Source of the DNA: Massalongia carnosa | Lineage: Eukaryota | Reading direction: 5' to 3' | Assembly: GCA_965645245.1 (NCBI GenBank) | Contig: OZ287069.1 | Location: forward strand, 2,542,001 to 2,606,000 | DNA length: 64,000 nt | In this document: positions 10,180 to 22,742 of the stretch, in pieces | Numbering within the stretch: the stretch's first letter is position 1 | Layout: every line of letters begins with the position of its first letter | Notes under the pieces: model-generated | What the model was told of the DNA's origin: nothing | The model's input: only the letters and a program-made list of their open reading frames with translations | Database searches by the model: none | Translations under genes and position numbers: made by a program

Positions 10180-12638
10180 TCTGGCTTGAATGGAGGGCTT
10201 AATTTGTTGGTATAGTGAACACCTTAGAAAACGGGGCAGGAATGTTTGAGGGTTATGAAGCAAGTAGCAGGTCATCTAGATTCTAGCTTATTCTTATAAT
10301 CTCCTTCAACGAACCCTTTCGGGTAACATGTCGCAGTCTCGAACGACTGCCGCTAAAGTCAGTAGTTTTAAATGGCATCTTCCCGCGATGCATACTCTGG
10401 AGTAGTGCAATAGCATCAAAAGATGCTTGGAAAGCAGTATCTCGAACCTACCCGGCCCGAGAAGTTATCTGAAACTTGAAAGAGCTATATAAGACGGCCG
10501 CTCGGATGATTATATATCGACACTTAATGAAGATGATTGAAGGACAGCAGAATAAAAGCCGACAAGCTTTATCTTCAGATCTCTAGTTATTGTTCGGTAG
10601 CTTCGATCGATCTTGCATGAAAAGCAGTCAAACCTTCCTTTATATTGTTTCTTAATCTAATGGATATTTCCAGCAACGTCGCAATTGACTACAGAGAAAG
10701 GGGGTTTGTTCTTTTTCGTATCTTTGGAGCTTTCACTACTCGTTTTTCCCGCCCCCTGTCGCTTCTACTTTGTTGAACAAAAGAAACGGGTACATCGGCC
10801 TGAATGGAAAGCTGACGACACAATGCAATGTTTTGCTCTACTCATGTCAATGCCGTGAAGTTTTCATTACCTGGTGAAGTATCCTCTCAAACTTATCCTA
10901 CCCTTCTACTTTAGCTACATTGCTTGTCCACTCCTACCATAAACGCCATCCACAAGGTCTTTCTTGATGAAAGAAGCCGGAAAAAAAAATACTCCGCTAG
11001 CAAGAGAGCTTTGCAGTGTTATATTTGTTCGACCCCGCTCCTGGGGAAATGCGCATGTTTCAAATCGCAGAAATAAAAGAAAATAATTATTTCATTCTTT
11101 ACCAGTTGCTGGAAGATGAGTGACCTGTATTACGATCATAATGGTGTGACCGCCTATCATAAACCACTTTATCTCGGCAACTACGCAGCGGATTCCGCGT
11201 TGGAGTATAAAGCAAATGGTTCTTTTGGTTTGGACTTTGATCTAGTTTGACGAGGCCTAAAGGCACCAAAAAGAAACTTCATCTGAGGGTTCCCCTTTAC
11301 TATGGCTCCCACCCAAATTCCTCCAAGATGACGAAGCATGCAAGACATTCTTCCGACTATCGCTCTCCTCTCGTCAACCTTCACGGCGAGAAACCCCTGG
11401 AAAACTCCATTTCACCCTACTTACTGTTCCCCCATCTACCACATTGTCAGCCGATCCTCCAGCATGATCCTAACCCCAGAACAACCCCCTTCCTCCGTAC
11501 CCTCCGGTCCAGTATCAGCCCTACCGTTCCAATCATTCTTCCTACCGATTTTCAATCACCGCCATTTGCCGAGTCTAGCCCACCCATGCTATGCGTTCTT
11601 GCCGCGAACGCTTTGAATGAAAAAAACCTTTCCCTCCGATATTGGCTAAGCGTTCCCTACGTCTTCTGGAATCCTTTCTACCAGTTAGCCCCCTCATCCG
11701 CCATATAAACCCTGCTCTACTCTGTGGGTGGTCCTACGCATGCTGGAGCTTTGCATCGTAAACCCATTAAGCCTCTTCTCCTAAAACCACCTCTTCACCC
11801 CTCAAACATCCATAACACCCAATCAACAACCAACCGCCCCCATCCGAGATGCTCTTTACCGTTGCAACTCCCAGATCATACCCATCTCCCATCAGCAAAA
11901 TCCCGTAACAAATGCGTCGGCAAATAGAAAAGGAAAGAGGTAAAAAAAAACCTTGAATCAGGTGCTTATTAGCATTTTGAGATGGCATTATTCTGTGGCA
12001 TTTAGCACCTTGACGATGATGGACGAGTAGATTTTGAGAGAAACCGATCATTGGGCATGGTGTGGCTTGCAGTACAGAAGGGACTATATTGTTTTCTGGC
12101 GAAAGAAAATCTATGAATGTTGGAGAACCCACGAAATCTATTCAACATATATTCCTTTAATTAGCTGTCTATCACTAACAACCTCTCTAATCAGATGGTT
12201 CAGGTAATACTTCGTTAACACATAACGATGTTTTTCCGAGCTCTCCGATGGTAGCAGGTTTCGATATTTATCTACCAACGGAAATGGAGGAAGGTAACGA
12301 GAGAAAGATATAAATAAGGTAGCGGTCAGTCCCTCAATTCCTGCAACAGCAGTATTTAAAACGGGCTGGATCACTTATGAACCAGTTGTAGTATGATCAT
12401 CCTCTATTCATAAGAAGGAACAGCTGGCCGCCACTTTATAACTTTTTTTGCAGTTTGAAATAAACTATCTTTTACATACTTGCATCATGGACGAAATCTT
12501 GAATGAACACTTATATATCGATAAATTCTCACAAGTCAAACGTTTCACAAAATCGTCGGTCCTTCAGTGAGCAGATTTCGGCTTTCAAAAAATAATCTGT
12601 AAATGAAGCTACTTGTCGTTGGTTCCCCATCAATCACT

Positions 12639-13238
12639 TTACCAAACTTCGAATTTGGTTTCACCCTCCTGCACTGCGATGTCTTCCTGTTCGACTTTCA
12701 CAACGTGCGCGGCCGACGGCCCCTTGTCAAGATCCTTGGCTAATTTTCGCAAAACCTCATCCTCGCCTTGAGCTTCGCCTTCGACCTGTTACTAGCTCGT
12801 AAGAGGACGCAAGAGAGATGAAGAAACTGGATTTTGTCGCGATAATGAAAAGTGAAATCTTCTACGGAAATTGAAGAAAAGAGGTAATATTAGAAGAGGA
12901 GAGGGTTAACGGACCTTATCGTTGGAAGTGTTTCGCACCCAGCCAGTGATGTTATAAGCGTTTGCTTTCTTCTGGGTGAAGGAGCTTTGGGGTGTTACCA
13001 AAGGGGGTTTTGGTAAGAAATATGATAGAAGGGAGACGGGTTGGCTACCGGAAATTGACGCCTGACGAGATAATCTTAGTTATGGCAAGAGGTAGTAAAA
13101 TTCAACTGGAACGGACAGACCTTGAACTTGACCATGAACACGAAATGATATCTGAAAGGTTGGCGTTAGCTCTTGCATGGTTTATTTAATCATTTCTATG
13201 GTGAGAGAGGCGATAAAGATACGTGCCCGTTTTGTCAT
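12639..13238 (-). CDS. Acylphosphatase (90 aa; 5 exons: 13238-13227, 13151-13121, 13061-13049, 12984-12915, 12785-12639)
   Basis: Manual splicing gives MTKRISFRVHGQVQGVNFRSFTQKKANAYNITGWVRNTSNDKVEGEAQG...KGPSAAHVVKVE...FEVW*, with the acylphosphatase motifs VQGVxFR and GWVRN. The gene is absent from the ORF track. Confidence 0.93.
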
Positions 13239-13680
13239 TTTGAGAGTTGTTGAAGCTGACCGGGTTGTGCTTATTTTTACTTTAATTTTTTTCAATCGAA
13301 CTTAGGAGTCGTAGATACTTCTTCATGCGTTATCTCACACTTTTATGGAAGGATAATTTGGAGGAGTATCAGAGCGCCACTGAAGTGCCATGACGTCAAG
13401 TTTTGTTGCTTTTTTAAATTGGTGTATGTGGCGCTATGGCTTCGATGAGGCGGTTGTCTCATATCCCGTGACCCCTTTTAACTTAACTTGCGTCGACTCA
13501 GAGACGAACGCGTATTCCTGCATACCATATTCATTATGTTGAGGTGACATCTTCCCCTTCATCGCAGCAGCAACACAATCTTCGCTATCTAGACTGTCTG
13601 TTCTGTGACTCAATCTCTGAAGGTTACAGCTTGAGTGTACATATATTGATACTGTTCCGTACTGTTATGCTCTACCCATA

Positions 13681-15285
13681 ATGTCTGGAAATCTTTACGC
13701 AGAGCCAATGCAGCTTCCGGAATCGAGAACCCCGCGTTATGAGTTTAATATGACTCTGAGTCCTACAGATGCGACTGATGGTAATGCCTTCCCGTCTCCG
13801 CCTTTCACCAGAGACTCCTCGCCGTCTCCCTCAATATCTCCAACTCCCGCTTTGTCGGCATGTCCTCCATTAGACCGATCCTTCTCTGCCACTTCATCAG
13901 CGTCCACCTTTTCAAGACAGTCTACAGTCTCCCGATCCTCATCGGCGTCGACCGCCCTAAGAAAGCGTGGGTATGTACGTCCTCAAGGTGCTACATTCTC
14001 GGCATCAGCTCGCAACAGGGACAGCGTCTTAAGTTTGGGCAGTATTGCACATCTACAGTACTACTTTGCTCGCACTGGGTTGCTGGACGGGAAAGGCGGT
14101 CAGCTAGCGAAAGATCTAAAGAAAAAGCCTATTGTGGCGGATAGTCCGCTTAATGACGTTCTACATACCTATGCTGGTTCGGAGTTTGGCAGTAACTACG
14201 AAGAGAGTACAGAAAGTCCTCTTGAATACGACGAATCAACTCAGGGATGGGATGAAAGCATAATGCTTCCGCCAACCGTTAGCACATACAGCCATAGGGT
14301 TCAATATCTCCCCCCTCCACCAGATTCTGAGATGCTCAGGAACGATCTCATCAAAGCCCTCAATGAAGCTGGTAAGTCTTTGCGGCAGGTTCAAGAGACT
14401 ATGGATAGGCTTGAACTACGGAAGCCGTCCAACGAGGACCTAGCCAAAGAAGCCGTGGAACAGGACTACTCCTGCGCTGTGGAATCTTCCTCAGGCTGGC
14501 ATCAAATCGAAGGTATGCATATCTTAGATGTCGTCACTCTCGCCATCCGTGCAGCGAAAATCTATTACACCACCCATGAACATCCACAACGACTTTATAA
14601 CATCAAATCTGAACGCCAGATCCGTGAAGAATTACTCGCTGTGCTTGATGTCCTGAAACGAATGGCTGGCCGCAATTTTCTTGGAGGCCTCAAAACCGAA
14701 GAGTTGCGGGTCATGCAAGGCTGGATCAAAGGCATTGAGAGCTTTGTTGTAGAAGAGCAAGTGCTGGAGAAGCAGGAAACACATGATCGCGAAAGCTGGA
14801 ATTGGCTAGAGGGTTCTTGGGTTGGGCGAGAACGTGAGAGGGAATGGTTGTTTATGTGCTCATTCCTTCCGGATGCGACCTTACCCGAGTGGACACCTCT
14901 GGATCAGCACACGTCGCCATTTTTACAATCATTACGCACTGGGCTAACCCTTGTTATATTACACAACGCTATGCTGAAGAAGTCGAAACGACAGTTTGGC
15001 GAAATCACAGCCTTTCACACAGATACAGCGAAGCCTTACCGGTGTGCTGACAATCTCCGTTACTGGATCAAAGCAGCCGAAATTCGATGGGAGATCAAAC
15101 TCCAGGTGGACGTGAGCGGCGTTATCCACAGCAGTGACGCAGCATGGACTGGCTTCGACTTTGCAATATTGGAATGGAGCAAGGCGGCGAGGGAAGAACT
15201 TACGAAGGAGTGGAGAGAAGGTTCGATTGATATAGCAGCATCAAGGCGATGTCCGAGTCTGCACCTAGTTGAGGGCAGTGGATGA
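13681..15285 (+). CDS. Conserved fungal protein with a C-terminal calponin-homology-like region
   Basis: Intronless 534-aa ORF with SVLSLGSIAHLQYYFARTGLLDGKG and FLQSLRTGLTLVILHN...KPYRCADNLRYWIKAAEIRWE. The CH-like call is inference. Confidence 0.75.
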   Translation: MSGNLYAEPMQLPESRTPRYEFNMTLSPTDATDGNAFPSPPFTRDSSPSPSISPTPALSACPPLDRSFSATSSASTFSRQSTVSRSSSASTALRKRGYVRPQGATFSASARNRDSVLSLGSIAHLQYYFARTGLLDGKGGQLAKDLKKKPIVADSPLNDVLHTYAGSEFGSNYEESTESPLEYDESTQGWDESIMLPPTVSTYSHRVQYLPPPPDSEMLRNDLIKALNEAGKSLRQVQETMDRLELRKPSNEDLAKEAVEQDYSCAVESSSGWHQIEGMHILDVVTLAIRAAKIYYTTHEHPQRLYNIKSERQIREELLAVLDVLKRMAGRNFLGGLKTEELRVMQGWIKGIESFVVEEQVLEKQETHDRESWNWLEGSWVGREREREWLFMCSFLPDATLPEWTPLDQHTSPFLQSLRTGLTLVILHNAMLKKSKRQFGEITAFHTDTAKPYRCADNLRYWIKAAEIRWEIKLQVDVSGVIHSSDAAWTGFDFAILEWSKAAREELTKEWREGSIDIAASRRCPSLHLVEGSG

Positions 15286-16312
15286 GACCTTTCATGAACG
15301 TTACGATTTATGTGGGAGATCACTTACAACCCGCGGAGCTATACCCCTGAGTCACTGGCAGTTGCTTGTCTCCTTGTTTGTTGTTTTCATACGGAGTACT
15401 TTGATACCCCATTACAAATAATGTAGACTGTTCCATTCAACGACATAATACACGTTAGCGAATCGATGCTGTTGGACAGAGGAAGTACTTTTCTAGATGG
15501 ACCCTTTCAGTTCTTGCATGCTGGATGACGTGTGTGAAGCAAGCGTGATGTGGCGGGTCGGTCTAAGGATTTGTTATGATCCGTATACGAGTATCTCCCG
15601 TGGGTCAATCTATAGTACTATTATCTATTTTCTATTTTTGAACGTCAGGAACGACAAACAACCCTTACTCTTGGAATCAGCCCATTTATACTCCTGATCC
15701 TTGTAACCTTTGAACAGAATGCGTCAGCCATTCATTGCTATGCACAGAACCTAGCAGAGGTTGATATTGTTCACCTCTGCCCCTAAACGCGTAAAGACCT
15801 CCGCGTTTCACCGAGCTCCTTCTCCCACTAGGTAGAGAAATTGGATGAATCACGTTGTTTCGGCCATACCAAAGTACGCACACATGTCTACGAAACGCAT
15901 AAAGACTAGATAACGCTTGCTAACCACGATGCAGATCAGCCTACTGAAATGACTTTCGAAAAGCCTCCAAATCTTACGGTTTAAGCTAAGCTAGCCACAA
16001 ACCGGCCATCCCTTGAAGCACAGTTGGCTTTTATATCTCCCTGTCGTGAACGCATCCTGTTTCATCGACTGTACGGAAACTTACGATCACTATCCTTGCT
16101 CTTGCTCTGCTCACGCCAATGTTTATGTTCAACACATCTCTTCAACTCAACGGAAGGTTCTCGAAAATAATCCACGATCTCTGTACCTACAAAGACCTAG
16201 ACAGCTCTTGTATTTCCGAACAACAGGAATAGGTGTCAAAGGGATTAAATTGCGATCTCTCTATAATTCCAACCTACCTGAAAAGTAGTAAATACGCTCA
16301 GTGTATAGCCTA

Positions 16313-18925
16313 ATGGCCGAGCATCATGTGCAAGAGCAAGGGCTCATGAGTCCCGATATTAGCAGGCACTGCTTGCCGAAATCGCCTGGATATACAGTAG
16401 AAGGAGAAGAAATGCCAGCGAGCAGTTCAGAAGACGACGAACCACCAACTCCGCCCCCAAAGGACTTTCGTGATCAAAACTTGACCTCTCCAGCCGACTC
16501 TGAATCCTTCTTCAATTCTTTCAGGCCCTCCCGAGCCGACTCTATATACTCCCTATCCCGCATGTCGTTTTCAAGTCACCTCTCCCAGCTGACCTCGTTG
16601 AACTTACCTAATTCTTCAGCCCTGTCGACGAGCCTATCCTCTATACCAACTGCTCTAGCTGCTGCCGCCACCTTGAGCGGTGCAGCGAGTCAAATCCAAA
16701 AATGGCTGCAGAAAGCGTCTGAAGTTCTACAAGGTTTAGATGCAGAGGATGACGTTGAGTGGGCCGCTGCGGGGGGGCGCGAAGGTTTGGTAGAGGTAGA
16801 CACTGCCATCGGAAAGTTTGAAGGCGTAATAGGAATATACGTAACGGCAATAGAAGATTTACATGGAAGGAAGGACATTGGGAAGGTGCCCTCTGCAGAA
16901 TTAAAATTGGTGGTGGATCAGATGGAAAAGATTCTTAATGAATGGGATAACGTTCGAAAACTCTTAGGAGAGGTGAAAAGACAAGTGGAACTGGCAATGG
17001 AATGGGAAGAGCTTTGGAACGTTATTCTCGGCGACATAGGCTTGGAAATGGAGAGTCTCAGCCGACTTGTCTTCGAAATGGAGGAAACCAGACACAAAGC
17101 AATGCTTGCTGATCCCAGCCCGGACGACGACTATGAACTTGATATACAAGAGTTGGAGACCATTGTTGAAGAAGCACCGGCCGGGGGGAGAACCTCAAAG
17201 AACCAGCGGTTTAGTTTGCCGCTAGCTTTCACTGCTAGCACTCCGCTCAACTCACCCAGATTTGGTACTGGACAAGAGGACTCAAGTTTACTGGCACTTT
17301 TCGCGAGGATGCAGCCGCTGAGAGCCTCCTTAGACTTTCTCCCTATGACCCTGTCCAATTTTGATGCAAGGGCAGATGAAGTGTTGCCTACAGCGTGCCA
17401 AGAGCTCGAGGCCCGTCGAAAGGGGCTAGAAAAGAAATGGAAGAAACTGGAAGTTGATGCTGAAGGCCTAAGGCGGGAGCTTGCTGAGGACCGCTGGGTC
17501 CTCGTGTTCAGGAATGCTGGTAGAAAATTGCAGAAGATGTATGAATCGGTTGAACGCAGCATCATGAAGCTGCAGGAGTCGATTGACACGGGCGCTCAGC
17601 ACAGCAATCCTCCGTCTCTGGTTAGAAGAGTTGGAGATTATGAGGGGAAAAAACTACATTTTGGGCCCGCGATTGAAAGGATGTTGTGGATTATAGAAAA
17701 GGCTGTCAAAGATCGTCAGAGCGTGAATGGCGAGATCCTTCGATTGCATTTAGACACGCGAGCCCGGTGGGAAAGTATAGAAGCTGAGATGAAGGACATG
17801 GATATAGCGTTGGACTATCTGAACATGAATAAGACCCAGCAGCTGCGAGACTCCATCTCTAGTCTAGTTTCCATGGACCGATCAATTATGGACAGTTTTG
17901 TAGATACGCCACAAAGCTCGCCAGCTTCATCGGTTGCCATGGGCCCTACAAATGGCAACACGAATGGACACAAAGGGGATGCTACTTTAGCAACTATCGA
18001 AGGAGAAAGCCGCAGAAGTAGCATCATTTCGAGTGCTACCACTCGTCCGTCTACTGCTCGAAGATACTTTAGCATGCCTCCTAGCTCGGCAGGGACGACC
18101 CAACTCCCTCATAAGAACATTGCATCGAGATCCGTTCAATTGGAATCTTCCTTTGCTTCACGCAACACCTCACCTTCCCCATATTCCGCGCATGCATCAT
18201 CTACCCCGACCGCTAGCGCTCGACCACGCCTTAGCACCCATCAAACAGAGAACAAGCCCCGCTGGAATTCAAGCCCCAAAGTCAACCATTTTGATTTCAC
18301 CTCCAACCACAAACCTCCCCCTCTCTCTACACCATCGCCCCACCGCAAAAGTTCGATGTCGTTCCGATCCCCTCGCAGCGCAGCCTCGTACTCGTCTTCC
18401 AACGTTGCCCTCCCAAGCCCGCTCGGCCGTACTGACACCGCTTCTCCCGGTCCGACAACTACATGCGCTCATCGCCCTCGCCACTTCTCTGGGATCCCGA
18501 TTTCTCCAACATTACACCACAACCGTCACAATTCTTCATCCCCCGCGGGTCCCCTCCAGAGTATTCTTGACCCTCTGCGTTCAAAACCCAACCCCTACTC
18601 TCCAGCCACCAATGGAACGCCGCCAGCATCCTCTAGAAGTCAAAGTAACCTTTCCGGTACTTCATCCGCTACAGCGCTCAAAATTCCAAGCCCTCGCGCT
18701 CATTTATCTCAGCAAATCCGGCCCGGGACAGCGCTTGCCAGCGGTCCCCGTATAAGCATGTTACCCTTACCCAAGCATGTGGTTTCTTTCGCTACTGGCC
18801 TTGGGAACGGCGGGGAAATTACTGAAAATGAATCTTCAAACGGAAGAGAGAGCATCTTAGGAGCGAGAGGTGGGGCTCGCAGTAGCTTGATAGGGAAAGG
18901 GGAACGAGAACGCAAATGGCGTTGA
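16313..18925 (+). CDS. kar9: Kar9-family (MigA-like) microtubule-guidance/karyogamy protein
   Basis: ~870-aa ORF with a coiled-coil core containing LLALFARMQPLRASLDFLPM and ELAEDRWVLVFRNAG, plus a Ser/Pro-rich basic tail with KPRWN. The exact start is uncertain. Confidence 0.85.
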   Translation: MAEHHVQEQGLMSPDISRHCLPKSPGYTVEGEEMPASSSEDDEPPTPPPKDFRDQNLTSPADSESFFNSFRPSRADSIYSLSRMSFSSHLSQLTSLNLPNSSALSTSLSSIPTALAAAATLSGAASQIQKWLQKASEVLQGLDAEDDVEWAAAGGREGLVEVDTAIGKFEGVIGIYVTAIEDLHGRKDIGKVPSAELKLVVDQMEKILNEWDNVRKLLGEVKRQVELAMEWEELWNVILGDIGLEMESLSRLVFEMEETRHKAMLADPSPDDDYELDIQELETIVEEAPAGGRTSKNQRFSLPLAFTASTPLNSPRFGTGQEDSSLLALFARMQPLRASLDFLPMTLSNFDARADEVLPTACQELEARRKGLEKKWKKLEVDAEGLRRELAEDRWVLVFRNAGRKLQKMYESVERSIMKLQESIDTGAQHSNPPSLVRRVGDYEGKKLHFGPAIERMLWIIEKAVKDRQSVNGEILRLHLDTRARWESIEAEMKDMDIALDYLNMNKTQQLRDSISSLVSMDRSIMDSFVDTPQSSPASSVAMGPTNGNTNGHKGDATLATIEGESRRSSIISSATTRPSTARRYFSMPPSSAGTTQLPHKNIASRSVQLESSFASRNTSPSPYSAHASSTPTASARPRLSTHQTENKPRWNSSPKVNHFDFTSNHKPPPLSTPSPHRKSSMSFRSPRSAASYSSSNVALPSPLGRTDTASPGPTTTCAHRPRHFSGIPISPTLHHNRHNSSSPAGPLQSILDPLRSKPNPYSPATNGTPPASSRSQSNLSGTSSATALKIPSPRAHLSQQIRPGTALASGPRISMLPLPKHVVSFATGLGNGGEITENESSNGRESILGARGGARSSLIGKGERERKWR

Positions 18926-19712
18926 GAGACAGTACTGGCTGTATTTTTCGTGGCTTGAAGGACTTGTGAGTTGATGAAAAGGGATCGATCACCTTAACGG
19001 TGAAGGTTCAGATACATGAAACGAGAAATACCTTTACATGATGCTGAAACGGCAGCGTTGATAGCGACGGTGTTGCCGGTGCTTGGAAAATGTGGGATTC
19101 AAGTTGTGCATTTCCTTTTGTATTCATACTCTTACCCAAAGCTCGGTTTGTCTATTCTGAAGTCACATGTATCTACTTTGGTGGTAAGTGGTGGAAAAGG
19201 GTGGTTGGGAAACGCCTGGAGCGGCGATGGGGATGCTCGAAGCCGGAGAAGGAATGCTTGTTCCATAGGATAGGGGAATATTCCAGATTTCGTTTTTCAA
19301 CGCTCGGCCCACCCCCCTTTGCAACCTCTTCTCTAGGGGCTTGACTCTTATGTAGCCCTTTCTGCAACCTTAGCCACTACTTACTCACCGGATTTGCGTA
19401 ACAGTATTTCATCGTCTGCACTTACAGCGTTGCGCCAGGAAGTGGTTTCAACTCCCTTTCCTCCAGCTTATGGTAGAGATTATCCAAGTGTTCGTATCGA
19501 GTACAGGCAAATAGGGGCTTCATGTTGTGTGACGTCGGAGTTAAAGCCTGGGCTTTAAGTTATCCGACTGGTTATGTCGTCGTCGGAAAAAAAACCTTCC
19601 TTTCATAAGTTTGTTCATCGATCCTTCAAGACACTAAACTACCTAGTTACACCGCTCTCTCACATCATAAAGACTCGATACTTCGGATATTTCCCATCGT
19701 CAAGCTCAGTGC

Positions 19713-21137
19713 ATGTCGGGTCTTTTGTCAGAGCCATTGCGAGCTGATAAAGAACATTCTGTCCCCTTGCAGCATGGACATCGAGAACACGAGAATCTAT
19801 CACGACAGACACATAGTCGAGTCTTGGAAGCCCCCCATCTACACGCGATGAACAACCCCAAAGAGCCGCATGTGGAGGTTGATATTTCGGCCGGGCAGAA
19901 AATGCTATCGGCAGTATCTGGCAGCTTGCTAACGTCCCTTCTTGGTAGAATCCCAACCAAACCTAGAGAGGATCGCTTGCTAATGACAAGCCTCCCAGTT
20001 ACCCCTCTAGACGTTGTTCGTGTCCGCCTTCAGTCTCAGCCAAACTTATCTTTAGGTTTTCCTCGCGCTCTACCATCTGCTTTAACTTTCACCAATCTTC
20101 CTCCTAATCTTGGAGTTTCGGCATGCTGTCGCGAAGTCTTTTGGGTCAACAACACATCCTCCGTTTGCATGGTTGCAGATACCCCCACAGCTACTATGAA
20201 TACAGTTGCCGCTTCCTCATCTGCTTCTGCAGCCGATTGTGCGGTCGACGAGACCCGCCGTAAAACATTCACCAGCACGCTAGATGGTCTGCGGAAAATA
20301 GCTCGCAACGAAGGAATAAGCTCTCTCTGGCGCGGTCTCACCCTGACTCTAGTCATGGCCATACCAGCAAATGTCATTTACTTCACCGGCTACGATTCTC
20401 TGCGGTACAATGCTCACAGCCCGGTTAAAACTTATATACCCGACTCCTACGCCCCTCTGGTTGCTGGCTCAATCGCACGTACCGCTGCAGCGAGTGTCAT
20501 TAGCCCAATAGAGATGTTTAGAACTCGGATGCAAGCTACAACTTCGGGAAATACAGGCAGAGGAGTTTTTACCGAGACACTTGTAGGTCTCAGAAATATG
20601 GTGCATGCTCAGGGATACACATCCCTCTGGCGAGGGCTTACCTTGACCATGTGGCGAGATGTCCCTTTTAGTGGTATATACTGGTGGGGTTACGAAGCCA
20701 TGCGCAACGCTCTGACGGACATGCGAGACTTACCCAATGCACGCACTCGACCTAGGTCGCAATCACGAAGTAATGAGAGCCATACCACAACTTTTTTGAA
20801 TAGCTTCGTGGCAGGCGCTACTTCGGGAGCTATAGCAGCTTTAGTAACTACACCTTTCGACGTAGGTAAAACCCGTCAACAAGTCCTTCAACATTCTCCG
20901 ATAAGCAAAAACGTAAAAACGAACGCTGAGGCCTTAAGACCAGAGGAGCTCTCGATGCCTCGCTTTCTGTATCGCATCTGGGCGGAAGAGGGCCCGCAGG
21001 GTCTCTTCCGTGGGTGGGCGGCTCGGTGTCTCAAAGTCGCCCCAGCTTGTGCGATTATGATAAGTAGCTATGAGATTGGCAAGAAGATGGCTCGTGGTAT
21101 GAATGAGGAGAAGAAGAAAGCGGGGATCCAAGGGTGA
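19713..21137 (+). CDS. mtm1: Mitochondrial carrier, Mtm1/SLC25A39-40 type; intron 19945-19998
   Basis: QKMLSAVSGSLLTSLL|VTPLDVVRVRLQSQ, Cys-rich loop ACCREVFW, SPIEMFRTRMQA, TTPFDVGKTRQQ, KVAPACAIMISSYE. Confidence 0.92.
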   Translation: MSGLLSEPLRADKEHSVPLQHGHREHENLSRQTHSRVLEAPHLHAMNNPKEPHVEVDISAGQKMLSAVSGSLLTSLLGRIPTKPREDRLLMTSLPVTPLDVVRVRLQSQPNLSLGFPRALPSALTFTNLPPNLGVSACCREVFWVNNTSSVCMVADTPTATMNTVAASSSASAADCAVDETRRKTFTSTLDGLRKIARNEGISSLWRGLTLTLVMAIPANVIYFTGYDSLRYNAHSPVKTYIPDSYAPLVAGSIARTAAASVISPIEMFRTRMQATTSGNTGRGVFTETLVGLRNMVHAQGYTSLWRGLTLTMWRDVPFSGIYWWGYEAMRNALTDMRDLPNARTRPRSQSRSNESHTTTFLNSFVAGATSGAIAALVTTPFDVGKTRQQVLQHSPISKNVKTNAEALRPEELSMPRFLYRIWAEEGPQGLFRGWAARCLKVAPACAIMISSYEIGKKMARGMNEEKKKAGIQG

Positions 21138-22742
21138 GTGGAGCTAGTAACCGCAACAAAGACCATTTCTCTTAAGAGTCTCCGGGACTGTGGACTCAAT
21201 CTCACCAGCGTTGAGAACGGGGACTCGCGTCCAAATACTAAAGCAGAGCCATGTTTGCGGCTCCCAAATGCGAAGTCAACTCCTGTTCGGCATCGAAGTC
21301 GTTGTTCTGCTCATGCAGCCCATTCGTCCTATGAAAACGCTTGCCCTTTTAGGAGACTGGCCAAGATCCGATATATTAACGCATCGGCGTAGACGAAACC
21401 CTCGGATTAAAGATTTCAGCCAGTACAAGCTGGCGGCAAACGGAGTCTCTTATAGTCTTGGGTTATTACGGCGCTCGGACTCTTCAAGGAGTCGTGATAG
21501 GTCTCGAGGGGAAATGGGTTGCATGAAGTCCTATGTGTTTTCACCACAGCATAGCGAGGCGTTTTCTTTTTCAAGGAGGCACTTTGCAAGGCAGGGATTT
21601 TCCCCCCAACCGTCTTGTTTCAGAGATGATTTCCTTGCCTTGAAGGCATTTGTACTTTTACTCTCCTACAATGCATATCAGCGGATAAAGAAGAGAGAGG
21701 AAATGAAGGGCAGAGGGTGTTTAGCTTTTTCCATATATTGGCTACCCGTAGTAAGTTTAGAAAAGGGAGGATTTAGAGACCCTAGTTGATGCGGGCGGTG
21801 ATTGGCTGAATATACATCCTCGTACAACGAGACACTCTCCGAAGTATGTGCGCAAAAGGCTTCGTGTTTCGTTCGTTCATTCATTTCATACAAAAGACTG
21901 GGAGGCAGGCGAAGGGGGGATAACAGACAGTCAGATAGTCTACACTCAATGAGGAAGGACGGGGAGGGGATGGATGGTTCAGCTGGGTAGGTTGGCGAGT
22001 GAGGGAATATTCTGCTTGCCTTTCTTGCCCGCCTGCCTTGCCTACACTCATCTATTCATTCCTTTTTCTTCCTGCTAAACTTAATGAAATCGAAACGAAC
22101 AAAGAACCCCCCCTCCCCCTCGAAACGTGTTCTTCATGACAATTTCAAGCTCCTACATACATACATGCATGCCTACCAGGAATTATTTTCGCGGGTTAGG
22201 GAGGGAGCTTGGATTGTCGATTAGGGTTTGTGGTAAAGCGATGTGGGAAGGTACGTATGTATGTCTGTATGGTGATGGTGGGAGTTTTGACATATTGGGG
22301 ATTGGAGATAGTTATGTATGCAGGTAGGTAGGTAGGTAGGTGTTTGATTCGAGTAAGTAATCAGGACGCATCATATTTGCTTTAATCAATCAGTCTTTCG
22401 GGGATAGGTAGTTAGGTCGCATGAATGAATGCGTGCAGCCAACGAACATATACTATCTTTTATTCTCTTCTGCGCAAAAAGCGCAGGATAAGATTTGGGG
22501 TATTGTGGAAACGCCGAGGAAAAGCGCTTGTCGGGCAAACTTGCATACATTGAGGAGCTCGTAGGAATCCATCTTTTACGTCGTACAGCAATGGTTTTTT
22601 CCCCCCCATCAGACCCTGCTGGAAAGAGCATCAAAGCAACTCCATCGCTCACTCATAGCTTCAACAGCTGGTGCCTGGAAAATTGCTAATACAACCGCAA
22701 AGTTGATGGGCTCAAAACCAAGCTTCGAAGCAAGGAAACACG

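Noticed and set aside
18033..18755. 240-aa overlapping ORF in kar9 and the many antisense ORFs in the track
   Set aside because: These are shadow frames of GC-rich or low-complexity coding sequence.
21138..21990. ORFs of 84-199 aa downstream of mtm1
   Set aside because: Non-ATG starts, no motifs or splice structure; probably 3' UTR or intergenic DNA.
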